Shown here piece by piece: positions 39,907-49,519 of a DNA stretch of 64,000 nucleotides (within the stretch, counting starts at the first letter, position 1; each line of letters begins with the position of its first letter). The position numbers were made by a program, and so were the translations under genes. The notes under the pieces were generated by a model. That model was not told where the DNA came from and searched no databases. It saw nothing but the letters and a program-made list of their open reading frames with translations. Source of the DNA: a virus; IMG/VR virus record IMGVR_UViG_3300017731_001834, positions 7,823-71,822 of that record, one strand, 5' to 3'.

Positions 39907-41339
39907 TTTTTTGGAGAATATTAGATAATGATGTTTATCCTGTAGAAGAAGTAACAAAACTTGGCTTCAATGAACAAGATGGAGTTAGGGTACCAGATGA
40001 GTATTTAGAGGGTAGAAATTTCATAGTCATGCGTAGTTGTCATGGTCTTGGAGATTGGGGTGTTATATCCGCAATGCCAAGATTATTAAAAGAAAAGTAT
40101 GAAGATTGTAAGGTCTATGTACCATCACCAAAGTTACTCGAAAATTTATTTGGGGCTACCGATGATTGGGATAGTTGGTCAAATCCTTATGCTCATGTTG
40201 AAACTATTTTTTCTAATAATCCCTATGTTGATGGTTTTATTGATAGTTTTGAGGGTGATATATACCACGACCACTACAGAGTATACAATTTAGATGAACC
40301 AAATATATCAATGATAAAACAGATGTTAAAGTTCTGGCAGTTTGAGGAAAGTGAAATGAAAGATTGTATGCCAGAGTTATATTTTTCAGAGGAAGAAAAA
40401 GCTTTAGGTGAGGAAGTGATAGCTCAGTATACAGCTAATTTAGAGTTTGCTTGTTTATTAATATCAGATAGATACGATTACACAATGGATAAAGAGATGA
40501 GACAAGTTATAGATGAAGGTATACCTCATTTCTATTGGACGGAAAGACCGATTGAACAAACATCATTTCACGATGTTTACAAAGCGATGGATTTAAGACA
40601 CGTCCCAATTAGAATACAACTTTATATAAAATCACAGGCTAAATATAACGTTGGTAATCAGGTTGGAACCTCACAATTATGTGCCAGATACAATCCTACA
40701 CACACTATACAAAGACAATTTCCAATAGCTCATAACTTTGTAGATAACGAAAATTTAATTACTAATGAAGAGAAGAGATTATTATTAAAAGGTCTACCTG
40801 ATAAAACTGAATCAAAAACAACAACAAGTTTAAAATTTAAAGCAGACTTCTATGATTACTTTAAGGGAAAAAGTGAGGACTTAAAAATATTAGAGATTGG
40901 TTCTTCACTTGGACACTCCACTAAATTATTAAGTCATCTTTTTAAAAAAGTTATAGCTGTTGATAATTTAGAATTTAGACATTTAGAATCACAAAAGATA
41001 AATGGTGATAAGGATAATATAGATTATGTTGTGATGGATGTTTATGAAGATAGATGGAACTTTGAAGAAATAGACGCTGTCTTTATTGATTGCGTTCACG
41101 ATTATAATCATGTGAAAAGTGATATTAATAACTCTTTATCATTACTAAAATCAGGTGGTTATTTAATCTTTGATGACTATGGTTTATTTCCAGAAATAAA
41201 AAAAGCAGTTGATGAATATATTGATGATAGCAAATTAAAAATTATTGAAAAAGTTGGACACTATAAAGGAGCATATTATCCAACAACACAAAACAAAGTA
41301 TTAAAAGATAGAGAGGGCATTATATGTCAGGTCGTGTAG
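39903..41339 (+). CDS. Fusion of a GT9-like glycosyltransferase and a class I SAM methyltransferase
   Basis: N-terminal HGLGDW...FSNNPYVD...PELYFS; C-terminal LEIGSSLG, FIDCVHDY and LKSGGYLIFDDY. Confidence 0.7.
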   Translation: MIFWRILDNDVYPVEEVTKLGFNEQDGVRVPDEYLEGRNFIVMRSCHGLGDWGVISAMPRLLKEKYEDCKVYVPSPKLLENLFGATDDWDSWSNPYAHVETIFSNNPYVDGFIDSFEGDIYHDHYRVYNLDEPNISMIKQMLKFWQFEESEMKDCMPELYFSEEEKALGEEVIAQYTANLEFACLLISDRYDYTMDKEMRQVIDEGIPHFYWTERPIEQTSFHDVYKAMDLRHVPIRIQLYIKSQAKYNVGNQVGTSQLCARYNPTHTIQRQFPIAHNFVDNENLITNEEKRLLLKGLPDKTESKTTTSLKFKADFYDYFKGKSEDLKILEIGSSLGHSTKLLSHLFKKVIAVDNLEFRHLESQKINGDKDNIDYVVMDVYEDRWNFEEIDAVFIDCVHDYNHVKSDINNSLSLLKSGGYLIFDDYGLFPEIKKAVDEYIDDSKLKIIEKVGHYKGAYYPTTQNKVLKDREGIICQVV

Positions 41340-42016
41340 TCTATACTTCAATTTTTGGTGATTATGATGATAAACAAGAACAGCAGTTACCAGAGGGATG
41401 GGAATGGAAATGTTTTGATGAGACTAATAGTGTAAAGTTTTATTCCGATAACAATAGAAATGCAAAAAAGTTCAAAGTTTTACCTCATAGATGTTTTGGT
41501 GTGGATTATGAGTATAGTATTTTTATTGATGGTAATATGAAAGTGGTTGGAAATATTGACGAACTGATTGATAAATATCTGAGTGATGCTAACGTTGCTT
41601 TTTATAGTCATAACAATAACTCGTTAGATGCTCGTAATTGTGCATATGAAGAGGCTAAAACAATATTTTCTTTGGGTGAAAGAAATATGAAAGCAACACC
41701 AGAAAGAGGAATGTTAAATTATAAGGATAACCCAAAGATTATAAAAAAACAAATGGATAGATATGCTCATGAGGGATTTCCAACAAGTAATGGTTTAATT
41801 ACAGGCATGGTTATATTGAGAAGACACAATGAATCTGATTGTATGAAGGTGATGGAAGATTGGTGGACTGAAATAAAATACGGAAGTAAGAGAGACCAAC
41901 TAAGTTTTAATTATGTGGCTTGGAAAAACAATCTTAAGTTTAATTATATGGATGGTGATTCAAGAAACAATGATTATTTTATTAGAGACACTAAACCACA
42001 CAAGGGTAAAAAATAA
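41324..42016 (+). CDS. DUF616 / TOD1-MUCI70-like glycosyltransferase
   Basis: VVYTSIFGDYD, KVLPH, IFIDG, YEEA and RDQLSFNY. Confidence 0.8.
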   Translation: MSGRVVYTSIFGDYDDKQEQQLPEGWEWKCFDETNSVKFYSDNNRNAKKFKVLPHRCFGVDYEYSIFIDGNMKVVGNIDELIDKYLSDANVAFYSHNNNSLDARNCAYEEAKTIFSLGERNMKATPERGMLNYKDNPKIIKKQMDRYAHEGFPTSNGLITGMVILRRHNESDCMKVMEDWWTEIKYGSKRDQLSFNYVAWKNNLKFNYMDGDSRNNDYFIRDTKPHKGKK

Positions 42017-42801
42017 TGAAAAAAATAGCTATTATAGGTCATGGTTATGTAGGTAAGGCGATGAGTAAATTTTTTGAGGCTCATTATGAATTAGAGATAT
42101 ATGACCCACCAGCAGGTTATGATGTTAGTAAAGAAGAGGTAAATGATTGTGAGGCAGCTTTTGTTTGTGTACCAACTCCAAGGAGTGAGGATGGAAGTTG
42201 TGATACCTCTCTCGTTGAGGAAGTTGTTAGTTGGATTGAAACAGATTTCATAGTGATAAAATCCACCATTTCAGTTGGTACGACAGATAGGTTAGTGAAA
42301 AAATACAATAAGAGAATAGTATTTTCACCTGAGTACGCTGGAGAATCAACATATTGGAGTCCCTATCTTTTCCATACTGATATGAAAGAGACTCCGTTTT
42401 TTACTTTTGGTGGTGATGAGAGAGTATGTAGTGATGCGATTGACCTAATTTTACCTGTTGTTGGCCCTTGTAAAAAATATAATATAAGTGATGCTAAAAC
42501 AGCTGAGATGGCTAAATATATGGAGAATGCATTCTACGCAACTAAGGTAGCATTTTGTAATGAGTTATATGATATCTGTGAGTCAGCTGACGTAGATTGG
42601 AATCAAGCTAGAGAGTTATGGTTATCAGACCCAAGAATTAATCCAATGCATACCGCCGTGTTTAAAGATAATAGAGGGTTTGGTGGAAAGTGTTTACCTA
42701 AAGATACAAGCGCTTTAGTTAGTATGGCTAAAGACTTTGGTGTACAATCAGATTTATTAGAGGGTGTTTTAAGCTCAAATGATAAGGTAAGGAACAAATG
42801 A
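42016..42801 (+). CDS. NDP-sugar (UDP-glucose/GDP-mannose) dehydrogenase, short form
   Basis: GHGYVG, CVPTP, KST, SPE, AEMAKYMENAF and GFGGKCLPKD. Confidence 0.88.
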   Translation: MKKIAIIGHGYVGKAMSKFFEAHYELEIYDPPAGYDVSKEEVNDCEAAFVCVPTPRSEDGSCDTSLVEEVVSWIETDFIVIKSTISVGTTDRLVKKYNKRIVFSPEYAGESTYWSPYLFHTDMKETPFFTFGGDERVCSDAIDLILPVVGPCKKYNISDAKTAEMAKYMENAFYATKVAFCNELYDICESADVDWNQARELWLSDPRINPMHTAVFKDNRGFGGKCLPKDTSALVSMAKDFGVQSDLLEGVLSSNDKVRNK

Positions 42802-43604
42802 AAAAGAACGTAGTATTGATGCCTTGGATTGAACGTGAACAATCAATCGGAACGAGTGGCATAGGTGAGTCTACTAGAACACGTGGATATCAATATGGTA
42901 TGGATTCTTGGAAAAAGTGGTGTGATAAAAATAATGTAGAATTCTTTTTGATGGATACTTTACTCATGCCTGAAACAGAGATGGTTATAACATGGCAAAG
43001 GTGGTATGTTTTAGAGATACTTAAAAACAATGAGATAGATTATGACCAAGTTTTATTAGTTGATGCTGATTGTATTATTCATCCTGATTGTCCAAACTTC
43101 TTTGAATTGACAGATGGAAAGTTTTCAACATCTTTCTGTAATGGTGATTTCGAATGGGTAAATAGAAGTATAAAGGGATACTCACAAAAGTTTTTTGATA
43201 CGGATTATTTAATGATGGCATCAGATTTCTTTCAAACAGGCTTTGTCATATTAAATAAAGACCATGAAGAGTTCTTAAATTATGTAATAGATTTTTATTG
43301 GAAGAATCAAGCAGAAATCATAGAGTCATATGATGTAATAAGAACAGGTAGTGACCAGCCGTTAATTAATTTATTATCAACTAAATTTGGTGTGGATGTA
43401 AACTTTTTACCAAATAAATATTCTACTGTGGACATTGGTCGGAAAAATTTATTCTATAATGATACAAGATGTTGGTGGGAAGATAAATTAGATAATCTAT
43501 ACAACACAAGTTACATTTATCAGTTCAACGCAATATCACAAAATCCTTTGAATAGGGATAGAAGCTATTGGATGAAAAGAATTTATGAGGAGTTATACAA
43601 ATGA
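42798..43604 (+). CDS. GT-A glycosyltransferase (GT8/GT34-like)
   Basis: VLLVDAD (DxD), FQTGFVI and DQPLIN. Confidence 0.7.
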   Translation: MKKNVVLMPWIEREQSIGTSGIGESTRTRGYQYGMDSWKKWCDKNNVEFFLMDTLLMPETEMVITWQRWYVLEILKNNEIDYDQVLLVDADCIIHPDCPNFFELTDGKFSTSFCNGDFEWVNRSIKGYSQKFFDTDYLMMASDFFQTGFVILNKDHEEFLNYVIDFYWKNQAEIIESYDVIRTGSDQPLINLLSTKFGVDVNFLPNKYSTVDIGRKNLFYNDTRCWWEDKLDNLYNTSYIYQFNAISQNPLNRDRSYWMKRIYEELYK

Positions 43605-44404
43605 AAATATTGTTAACAGGTTCTGATGGTTTTATAGGTAAAAACGTTTACAAAAGAATTAATGATAATATAGCTCCAATAGAAATATTTTGTATAGAAA
43701 AAGATTTTATTAATAGTGTAAATTGGAAAACTGATTTAGAAGAGTATGTAAAACAAAATGATGTCGTACTTCACATTGGAGCAATATCTGATACGATGTT
43801 AAAAGATGCTAATAAGATGATGAAGTATAATTATCTATTTAGTAAAGAACTTTTTGATTTAGCTCAGAAACATAATAAAAAGGTGGTTTACTCATCATCA
43901 GCAGCTAACACAGGTGAAAGTGGTACTCCGTCAAATATCTATGGTTGGTCTAAATTTATTACAGAACAATATGGTTTGGCTAAAGTAAATAACTTTTACG
44001 CTTTGAGATATTTTAATGTATATGGTCCTGGTGAAGAACACAAAGGTAAAATGGCATCGGTGGCACATCAAGCTTGGAAGATAGGTTCATTCACCTTATT
44101 TCCAAAAAAACCTGAAAGGGATTTTGTTTACATAGATGATGTGGTTGATGCGACAATATATCCAATATTCAATGATGTTAAACCTGGTGTGTATGAAGTC
44201 GGAAGTGGTGAAGCACGTACCTTTGAAGACGTTTTAGATATAATGGAAATTCCTTTTGAATATAAAGGTGAGTACGAAATACCCAAAGGTTATCAATTCT
44301 TTACCCAATCAGAATCAAAACTTTTTATGGAGGGTTGGCAACCTAAATATAGTTTGGAAGATGGTTTACAAAAATATAAGGATTACCTAAATGGAGTCGT
44401 GTAG
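43601..44404 (+). CDS. ADP-L-glycero-D-manno-heptose-6-epimerase-like SDR
   Basis: TGSDGFIG, HIGAISDT, YSSSAA, YGWSK and RYFNVYGPGEEHKGKMASV (the HldD/RfaD signature). Confidence 0.8.
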   Translation: MKILLTGSDGFIGKNVYKRINDNIAPIEIFCIEKDFINSVNWKTDLEEYVKQNDVVLHIGAISDTMLKDANKMMKYNYLFSKELFDLAQKHNKKVVYSSSAANTGESGTPSNIYGWSKFITEQYGLAKVNNFYALRYFNVYGPGEEHKGKMASVAHQAWKIGSFTLFPKKPERDFVYIDDVVDATIYPIFNDVKPGVYEVGSGEARTFEDVLDIMEIPFEYKGEYEIPKGYQFFTQSESKLFMEGWQPKYSLEDGLQKYKDYLNGVV

Positions 44405-45509
44405 ACATTTTAGGGGAGATAGACCTTGTAAATATTATTGGATAAATGGTTGTATCGATTGTAATACAAGTGAACATTACAACCCATTCAATGAACGTAT
44501 ATTGTTAATAAAGTTAGATGCTCTTGGTGATGTTGTAAGAAGCACTGCTTTAGCAGAGGGTATCAAGAAAGAATATCCCAAGTCTCAGTTAACATGGATA
44601 ACCCAACCACAGGCTAAGTTTTTTCTTGAGGGTAATAAATACATTGATAAGATTATGGAATACAATTCAGAATCAGTTCGCATCTTACAATATCAAAAAT
44701 TCGATATCATAATTAACTTAGACAAAGACCCAAAAGCGACTTCAATGGCGATGGCGTTTCAAGCTGATGAATATAGAGGTTATGGTTTAAATGAAGAAGG
44801 CTATCCTATGCCGTTGAATAAAGGTGCTGTATATCATTATGATATGTGTCTTGATAATTGGGGAGCTAAGACAACTAATAAATTAAGTTATCAAGAACTA
44901 ATTTTTATGATTAGTGAGATAGATTATGATAATGAAAAGCCATATATCTATTTAGATAAGGAAGATAACAAAGAGTTTAAGAGTGAATTTTACTCAAAAT
45001 ATAGTATTAAGTCTACAAATAAGATTATTTTATTAAATACAGGCTGTGGGCCGGTGTATCCTCATAAAAAATGGACGAAAGATGGATACATAAAATTAAT
45101 AAATGATTTATTAAAAGATAAAAACAATATTATAATATTGACAGGCTCATCATCTGAAAGCCGAAGAAATGATGATATAAATAAAAGCACTAATTCAAAT
45201 AGGGTCATAGATACAACCTCATTATATTCAATAAGAAAATTCTGTAACCTAATTGATTTATCAGATATAGTTATTACTGGTGATACGGTAGCTTTACATA
45301 TAGCAATATCGTTACAGAAAAAAATAGTTAGTTTCTTTGGCCCAACACCCCATCAAGAAATAAATCTTTTTGGATTAGGAACTAAGTTGGTCAGAGAAGA
45401 ATTAGATTGTTTGAATTGCTATGACCAGTTTCCATGCCCGTATGATGGTAAATGTATGAGTTTAATTTCACATAAAGATGTGTTAAAAAGTATAAAGGAG
45501 TTATTATGA
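44391..45509 (+). CDS. GT9 (heptosyltransferase-like) glycosyltransferase
   Basis: LIKLDALGDVV, KKW, ITGDT..LHIA and FGPT; Cys clusters at both termini. Confidence 0.85.
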   Translation: MESCRHFRGDRPCKYYWINGCIDCNTSEHYNPFNERILLIKLDALGDVVRSTALAEGIKKEYPKSQLTWITQPQAKFFLEGNKYIDKIMEYNSESVRILQYQKFDIIINLDKDPKATSMAMAFQADEYRGYGLNEEGYPMPLNKGAVYHYDMCLDNWGAKTTNKLSYQELIFMISEIDYDNEKPYIYLDKEDNKEFKSEFYSKYSIKSTNKIILLNTGCGPVYPHKKWTKDGYIKLINDLLKDKNNIIILTGSSSESRRNDDINKSTNSNRVIDTTSLYSIRKFCNLIDLSDIVITGDTVALHIAISLQKKIVSFFGPTPHQEINLFGLGTKLVREELDCLNCYDQFPCPYDGKCMSLISHKDVLKSIKELL

Positions 45510-46267
45510 ACGTTGAAATTATTTTTGCTGAATTTGGTGGAAGAGGTGCAGCTAATCAAAAATGGGTAAGTGATATTGGTAGATTAGACCCAACATACGA
45601 TAGTGTGAAAAATTATTTTCCTGAAGCGAAGATAGTTTGTTATACCGATGATGAATCCATTGGTGACGGCTATGATGTTGAGGTGAGATTTATCGACTCC
45701 GATAGCACACCATTTGATAAAGATTATAAAGAGGGTAGTGGAAAGTTAAAATGGGGATATCATTGTTGTGATTATTATCAGATAAAGGGACTCTTAGAAT
45801 CTAAGGCAGATATAGCTATAGCGGTAGATTCAGATTTAATGTTTGTATCTGATGAGGTGAGAACTATAATTCCGATTATAGAAAAGTTTGGTATTTGTTG
45901 TCCACAGAATGAAAGACAACTTGTCAAGGTTGATGGTATTCATACAAGGGGTAATGATGGAGATTATCACATCGGTGAGGACGTAAGTCGTGGTAATATT
46001 CTAACTTATGATTTATGGTGGACTGGCTTTAACACAAAGGATGATAGAGGTAGAACTTATCTAAAAGAGTTCTTGAGGTTGATGGAGACAAACCCAAAAA
46101 GAGGCCCACTACAATTATCTCGTGCAGCTTGGAACACAGGTTGTTTCCCATATCCAATGCCAAAACAATGGGGAGTTGGTTCGGGTCACATTGGATGTGG
46201 TGATGAGATTATACTACACGTCGGTCACGAAAATGTACAAGACCATTATTTGGAAAAAAGAATATAA
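45506..46267 (+). CDS. Putative GT-A / nucleotidyl-donor transferase
   Basis: CYTD and AVDSDL (DxD); terminal ILHVGH. Confidence 0.5.
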   Translation: MNVEIIFAEFGGRGAANQKWVSDIGRLDPTYDSVKNYFPEAKIVCYTDDESIGDGYDVEVRFIDSDSTPFDKDYKEGSGKLKWGYHCCDYYQIKGLLESKADIAIAVDSDLMFVSDEVRTIIPIIEKFGICCPQNERQLVKVDGIHTRGNDGDYHIGEDVSRGNILTYDLWWTGFNTKDDRGRTYLKEFLRLMETNPKRGPLQLSRAAWNTGCFPYPMPKQWGVGSGHIGCGDEIILHVGHENVQDHYLEKRI

Positions 46268-47412
46268 TGAAAATATATTGTATTCTGTTTGATACTTTTC
46301 CGAGACATCCTGAGATAGAAGAATTATTTAAATCAAAGGGTTTACACTTTGGGGATTATCTGACACAGCCGGATACTGTAACTACTATGATTTCAATGTT
46401 TTCAGGTTGTAGACCATCAGAGATGAGAGACACGGGTATCGGTCATTCACATACCTACGCTAATCTATCAGATAAAGATAAAAAAATATGGGATGATAAG
46501 ATATTACTTAAACATTTACCTGATGATTGGAAAATACACATACACGCGATGCCACCAACAAGAGGGGATGACAATACAATTAGGCGATGTTGGCCGATGT
46601 ATCAAGATAAAAATACTACACCAGGTTCAAATGATTGTAAATTAATACCAGATGATATCTGTGGTAGATTTAGAGATTTTGAATTTTATGAATATAAACC
46701 AACCTTGGATGAAGAAAATTTTATACCAAAAATGCAAGAATTACCATCCGATGAAAATCATTTTATTATATTAAAATATAATCATTACCATGATGCCGAA
46801 AGAGGTGCACAAAGAGATGTCCTTGGTCTATTTAAAGATATAATTGAAACCATAGATTTTCAAGAAAAAAATTCTTTGTTTTGGGTTTTTGCAGACCATG
46901 GTGAACCACAAGGTATTACAAAAAATCATAATCCACCTGACTCATTTCTATCTTGGGTGAGTGTAACTGATAATATTACGAATAGAAAAGTCACAAAAAA
47001 TAAGATAGCATCAATAGATTTTAAGAATACAATTTTAAACAGAGCCGTGTTACCTGCGACAGACGAACTACCAAATGATGTATTATCAGAACTAGACATG
47101 GATAGAATCTATGTGACTGAGGATAGCCGTTCAGCTGTTAGTGAGTATAATTGTACGACTGTATCAGCGATTATAGCTAGTGGTGAAAACAAGTATATTC
47201 AATATTGTATGCATAATAGATTAGCACCATATGGTAATTACGGAGGACATCAAGAAGAGGTTGGTAGAATATATGAAAGACAATATGGTCACTCTGGTGA
47301 TTTAGGTGTCATACATCGAGAATGGGAAGATGTACAAATAGAGAATCCTGAAATACAAGTTCTAAAAGATTATTTACGTAATGGTGTTTGGAGATGGTAT
47401 ATCGAACCATGA
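46267..47412 (+). CDS. Alkaline phosphatase / sulfatase superfamily protein
   Basis: ILFDT, PDTVTTMISMFSG (Thr at the nucleophile position), YNHYHD and FADHGE. Confidence 0.65.
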   Translation: MKIYCILFDTFPRHPEIEELFKSKGLHFGDYLTQPDTVTTMISMFSGCRPSEMRDTGIGHSHTYANLSDKDKKIWDDKILLKHLPDDWKIHIHAMPPTRGDDNTIRRCWPMYQDKNTTPGSNDCKLIPDDICGRFRDFEFYEYKPTLDEENFIPKMQELPSDENHFIILKYNHYHDAERGAQRDVLGLFKDIIETIDFQEKNSLFWVFADHGEPQGITKNHNPPDSFLSWVSVTDNITNRKVTKNKIASIDFKNTILNRAVLPATDELPNDVLSELDMDRIYVTEDSRSAVSEYNCTTVSAIIASGENKYIQYCMHNRLAPYGNYGGHQEEVGRIYERQYGHSGDLGVIHREWEDVQIENPEIQVLKDYLRNGVWRWYIEP

Positions 47413-48698
47413 AAAATAATTTAGTTTACATCGGAATGTGTGCTGATTTAATTCATCATGGACACCTAAACATAATAAAACAAGCTAGAAAATATGGAAA
47501 GGTTGTCATAGGATTATTGACCGATTCAGCTATCGCCAGTTACAAGAGACTACCAGCCTTAAGTTATGAAGAAAGAAAAATAGTTGTAGAAAATATAGTG
47601 GGTGTTAATGAGGTGATTCCACAAGACACACTTGATTATATTCCAAATTTAGAAAAGATAAAACCAAACTATGTTGTTCACGGAGATGATTGGAAAGAGG
47701 GTGTACAAAAACAAGTAAGGCAAAATGTTATAAATAAATTAAAGGAGTGGGGTGGTGAAGTTATTGATGTCCCCTATACTAAAGGTGTCTCTTCAACAAA
47801 ATTACATGACCATCTAAAAGAAATAGGAACAACTCCTGATGTAAGAAGAAAGATGCTCACAAGGTTAATTGAATCAAAACCAATAGTTAGGGTATTAGAA
47901 GCGCACAATGGTTTAAGTGGTTTAGTAGTAGAAAAAACAAAAGTTAAAAATGATGAGTTTGACGCCATGTGGTTAAGTAGTCTTACACATTCTGCTTCAA
48001 AGGGTAAACCAGACAATCAATATGTGGACATAACCACGGTTAGTCAAACCTTAAGTGAAATATTTGATGTAACTACAAAACCAATGATTGTTGATTTGGA
48101 TAATGGTGGAATTATTGAACATTTTAAGCATACAGTTAGAACATTAGAAAGAATGGGTGTATCTGCTGTAATCATAGAAGATAAAATCGGTTCTAAAAGA
48201 AATTCACTTTTTCATGACACATCTAATCAAAGACAAGATAGTTCACTTGAATTTTCCATTAAAATATCAGAGGGGAAAAAATCATTAGTCACAAAAGATT
48301 TTATGATTATCGCCAGAATAGAAAGTTTTATTTTAGGGAAAGATGTTGACGATGCTATTAGTAGAGCAGAGACTTATATTCTTGGTGGTGCTGATGGTAT
48401 TATGATTCACAGTAAAGATAAAGACTTTAATCAAATATTAAGTTTCTGTGATAAATTTAAAAGTGTCAAGAAAAAAGTTCCTTTGGTAGTTGTACCATCT
48501 ACTTATAATAAAGTAAGGGAAGAGGAACTAATAAAAGCAGGTGTAGACATAGTAATTTATGCCAATCACCTATTAAGAAGTTCTTATCCAGCCATGGTTA
48601 ATACGGCACAATCAATACTTAAAAATAAAAGATGTTACGAAGCTAGTAAAGATTGTTTACCAATAAAAAAGGTTTTAGAATTAATACCAAATGATTGA
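47409..48698 (+). CDS. pepM: Cytidylyltransferase-phosphoenolpyruvate mutase fusion (Fom1-like)
   Basis: N-terminal DLIHHGH (HxGH), VHGDDW, GVSST; C-terminal EAHNGLS, GKPD, DLDNGG and the PepM-diagnostic EDKIGSKRNS (EDKx5NS), IARIES, YANHLLR. Confidence 0.92.
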   Translation: MKNNLVYIGMCADLIHHGHLNIIKQARKYGKVVIGLLTDSAIASYKRLPALSYEERKIVVENIVGVNEVIPQDTLDYIPNLEKIKPNYVVHGDDWKEGVQKQVRQNVINKLKEWGGEVIDVPYTKGVSSTKLHDHLKEIGTTPDVRRKMLTRLIESKPIVRVLEAHNGLSGLVVEKTKVKNDEFDAMWLSSLTHSASKGKPDNQYVDITTVSQTLSEIFDVTTKPMIVDLDNGGIIEHFKHTVRTLERMGVSAVIIEDKIGSKRNSLFHDTSNQRQDSSLEFSIKISEGKKSLVTKDFMIIARIESFILGKDVDDAISRAETYILGGADGIMIHSKDKDFNQILSFCDKFKSVKKKVPLVVVPSTYNKVREEELIKAGVDIVIYANHLLRSSYPAMVNTAQSILKNKRCYEASKDCLPIKKVLELIPND

Positions 48699-49071
48699 AC
48701 TAAATAACATACTAAGTGATTATGACTTTTTTACAGGCGTGCCTGATAGTGGACTAAAAGAATTTATCTCTAATATAGATGAAAAAAAACATATACCTGC
48801 CACGAATGAGGGACAAGCAATTGGTATAGCGGTTGGTGCTGAGTTAGCTGGAAAAAAGAGTTGTGTGTACCTACAAAATTCAGGTTTAGGTAACATAATA
48901 AATCCGTTGACAAGTCTTTGTATACCTCATGGTATTTATCCATTTTTAGTTATTGGTCACAGACATACGCTACCTCAACACAAAGTGATGGGTGAAGTTG
49001 ATGAGGATATATTAAAGTTGATAGGATATGAAAATTATTTAATTGTTAGAGGTGATAACAATGTTGACTAG
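48691..49071 (+). CDS. Phosphonopyruvate decarboxylase, alpha (PYR) subunit
   Basis: FTGVPDS, NEGQAIGIAVG, YLQNSGLGN and PQHKVMG. Confidence 0.85.
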   Translation: MIELNNILSDYDFFTGVPDSGLKEFISNIDEKKHIPATNEGQAIGIAVGAELAGKKSCVYLQNSGLGNIINPLTSLCIPHGIYPFLVIGHRHTLPQHKVMGEVDEDILKLIGYENYLIVRGDNNVD

Positions 49072-49519
49072 ACAAGATGCTATCAATGATATATTTAATT
49101 GGCATGGTCAAGATTCCATCTACATAACTAATACTGGTTTTATATCAAGAGATGTTTATAATTTATTTCCTAAGAATAAAAATATTTTTTATATGCAAGG
49201 GAGTATGGGATTATCACCATGTATTGGTTTAGGTATAGCTGCTAATTCTGAAAAAGATGTGGTAGTGATTAGTGGGGACGCATCATTATTAATGCATTTA
49301 GGAATCACTCACACGATAGAAGAACAAGATTTAAAAAACCTTTTTGTTTATGTCTTGGATAATGGCTGTCATGAATCAGTTGGTGAATTTCATAGTGCTA
49401 AATTACAAGACGAATATAATGGTATTAATAAGATTTATAAAATTAGTAATGATGGTAAAAAAGGTAGAGTCAATTTAGATTGTATGGAAAACACAAAACA
49501 GATAAAGGAATTATTATGA
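49061..49519 (+). CDS. Phosphonopyruvate decarboxylase, beta (ThDP-binding) subunit
   Basis: TGFISR, FYMQGSMG, GDASLLMHLG and DNGCHESVG. Confidence 0.85.
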   Translation: MLTRQDAINDIFNWHGQDSIYITNTGFISRDVYNLFPKNKNIFYMQGSMGLSPCIGLGIAANSEKDVVVISGDASLLMHLGITHTIEEQDLKNLFVYVLDNGCHESVGEFHSAKLQDEYNGINKIYKISNDGKKGRVNLDCMENTKQIKELL

